Below are positions 62,691 through 64,000 of a stretch of 64,000 nucleotides of DNA, piece by piece. This DNA is from Isurus oxyrinchus (Eukaryota), in assembly GCA_026770705.1 (NCBI GenBank), contig JANJGN010000008.1, forward strand, positions 68,820,001 through 68,884,000. The letters are read 5' to 3'. The position numbers were made by a program, and so were the translations under genes. Within the stretch, counting starts at the first letter, position 1, and each line of letters opens with the position of its first letter. The notes under the pieces are model-generated. The model had not been told where the DNA came from. It was given only the letters and a program-made list of their open reading frames with translations, and did no database searches.

Positions 62691-63627
62691 CCAGAGCAAT
62701 GGTTAAAAATAAAGGCACACAACTTTTTAAAGTTAAGTGAGTATATATAGGGGAAAAAAGTGTTTGATGGAGGCTTTCCAATATTTTAATATGTACACAA
62801 ATTGTAGCATCTGCAAAGGTTAGTTGGGTAACAGAAAAATTCTTTTGGCTACGCTAATTGTGAAGAAAGAAAACAAAGTCTTTGGCCCGTTATGAGATGT
62901 AGCACTGCACCACTTGAACGCCCTGAGATATGAAATGAAAATGGCGCTGTGTGAAATGATAGTGAGGAGGGCATTTGTCACCGGAGAGCACCCTCCCTAT
63001 AGGACACCATTGTAACACAGTGGGAAGGAGGCAGGGGCAGGGAATATGAGGACACAGCTAATACAATCTGCACCTAAGGTGCAAATGTTCTTCAAGAGGG
63101 AGCACCGATTCATCATGGCCTCGCTGGGTACTTGGAAGCAGAGCTCCTCTGACCTAATCATAGCAGTTGTTTGGTGGAATGTTGAATTGGCAGACAGCTG
63201 GGATGAACAATGTTACAATTTGCCTTGGCAATCCTAGCTAGAGAGGTGAAAATACATGTTCCTAATCTTGATTGTGGTTCATTTTCTGTTCTGTGTCTCT
63301 GAAACACATAAACAATTAATCGTGGAGTCGGTGTTATGGCAGTGGATGGTAAATGCTGAGTTGTTCAAATCCCAGGAAGAAACTTGAAATAACTGTCACA
63401 ACTATTTTACAGTTTGTATTTATTTCGAGATACATGCCTTGAATTCAGCTGTAATAAGACCACCGAGAAACCTATAAGAAACCTTACAAAACTAAATTAA
63501 ACCTTCATTAATACAAAAAACGATTTTAAGCACATACATAGGTTTATAAATTACTACTATGATATCTCCTAGCTCCCAGTTATACCTTCATTAAAGCAAC
63601 AGCAAGACACAAAGGCTTGAATCTTCT

Positions 63628-63765
63628 GATCGACGTGAGCGGGCAGGTCCTTAATTGGCCCGCCCACGTAAAATGGCGGTGTGCAGCCAATCACGGACAG
63701 TGATTGGCTAAGCGCCCGCTCCCACTCAGCCCCCTCCCTCCCCGACGGGGAGAAAATTCTCCCCA
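63628..63765. mobile_element. GC-rich MITE end fragment with an internal hairpin
   Basis: CpG-rich patch ending aaaattctcccc (TIR-like); perfect 10-bp stem AGCCAATCAC/GTGATTGGCT. Confidence 0.45.
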
Positions 63766-64000
63766 CAGGTTTTAAAGACCCAGGCAAAGTAACACGTTAC
63801 CCTGAACAGTCGAATTGAAGTGAGTTTTTCTCAGCTTCAGTTCCTTGTAGACAGCAGCTTGAGGCTTAGATACTGGAGGCTTTTCACACTTGTGTTAGAT
63901 CTTAAAAATGCCTTCTTTCCTACACACAGCCTCACCTCCTTTATACAGATTCCTCCCTTTTCAATGTAAATCCCATTGTTTCGATATGTCTTTTCAACTC

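Overview
Vertebrate genomic DNA; the repeat landscape suggests a cartilaginous fish (shark-like), which is an inference. The one protein-coding gene I can support is a complete three-exon Emx-class homeobox gene on the + strand: CDS 5772-6123, 17490-17674 and 29351-29518, giving 234 aa, with introns of about 11.4 and 11.7 kb. Its diagnostic residues best match Emx3. The rest is regulatory-looking non-coding DNA, tandem repeats and decayed transposons. The tandem repeats include a 37-bp upstream minisatellite, a 24-bp telomere-like intronic satellite, and 29/87-bp, 32-bp and 63-bp arrays. The transposons include CR1-group, L2 and RTE LINE fragments, tRNA-derived, Deu-type and LF-like SINEs, a Harbinger transposase relic and MITEs. 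The most notable signal is a family of short Penelope-type insertions flanked by target-site duplications that carry a minimal type-I hammerhead-ribozyme fold with a variant core; one copy forms a long fold-back. A LINE/SINE pair sharing both ends and apparent CpG-retention domains bounded by satellites also deserve checking. Repeat family names come from remembered consensus motifs, not searches, and repeat boundaries are approximate. I see no evidence of a new multi-gene system.
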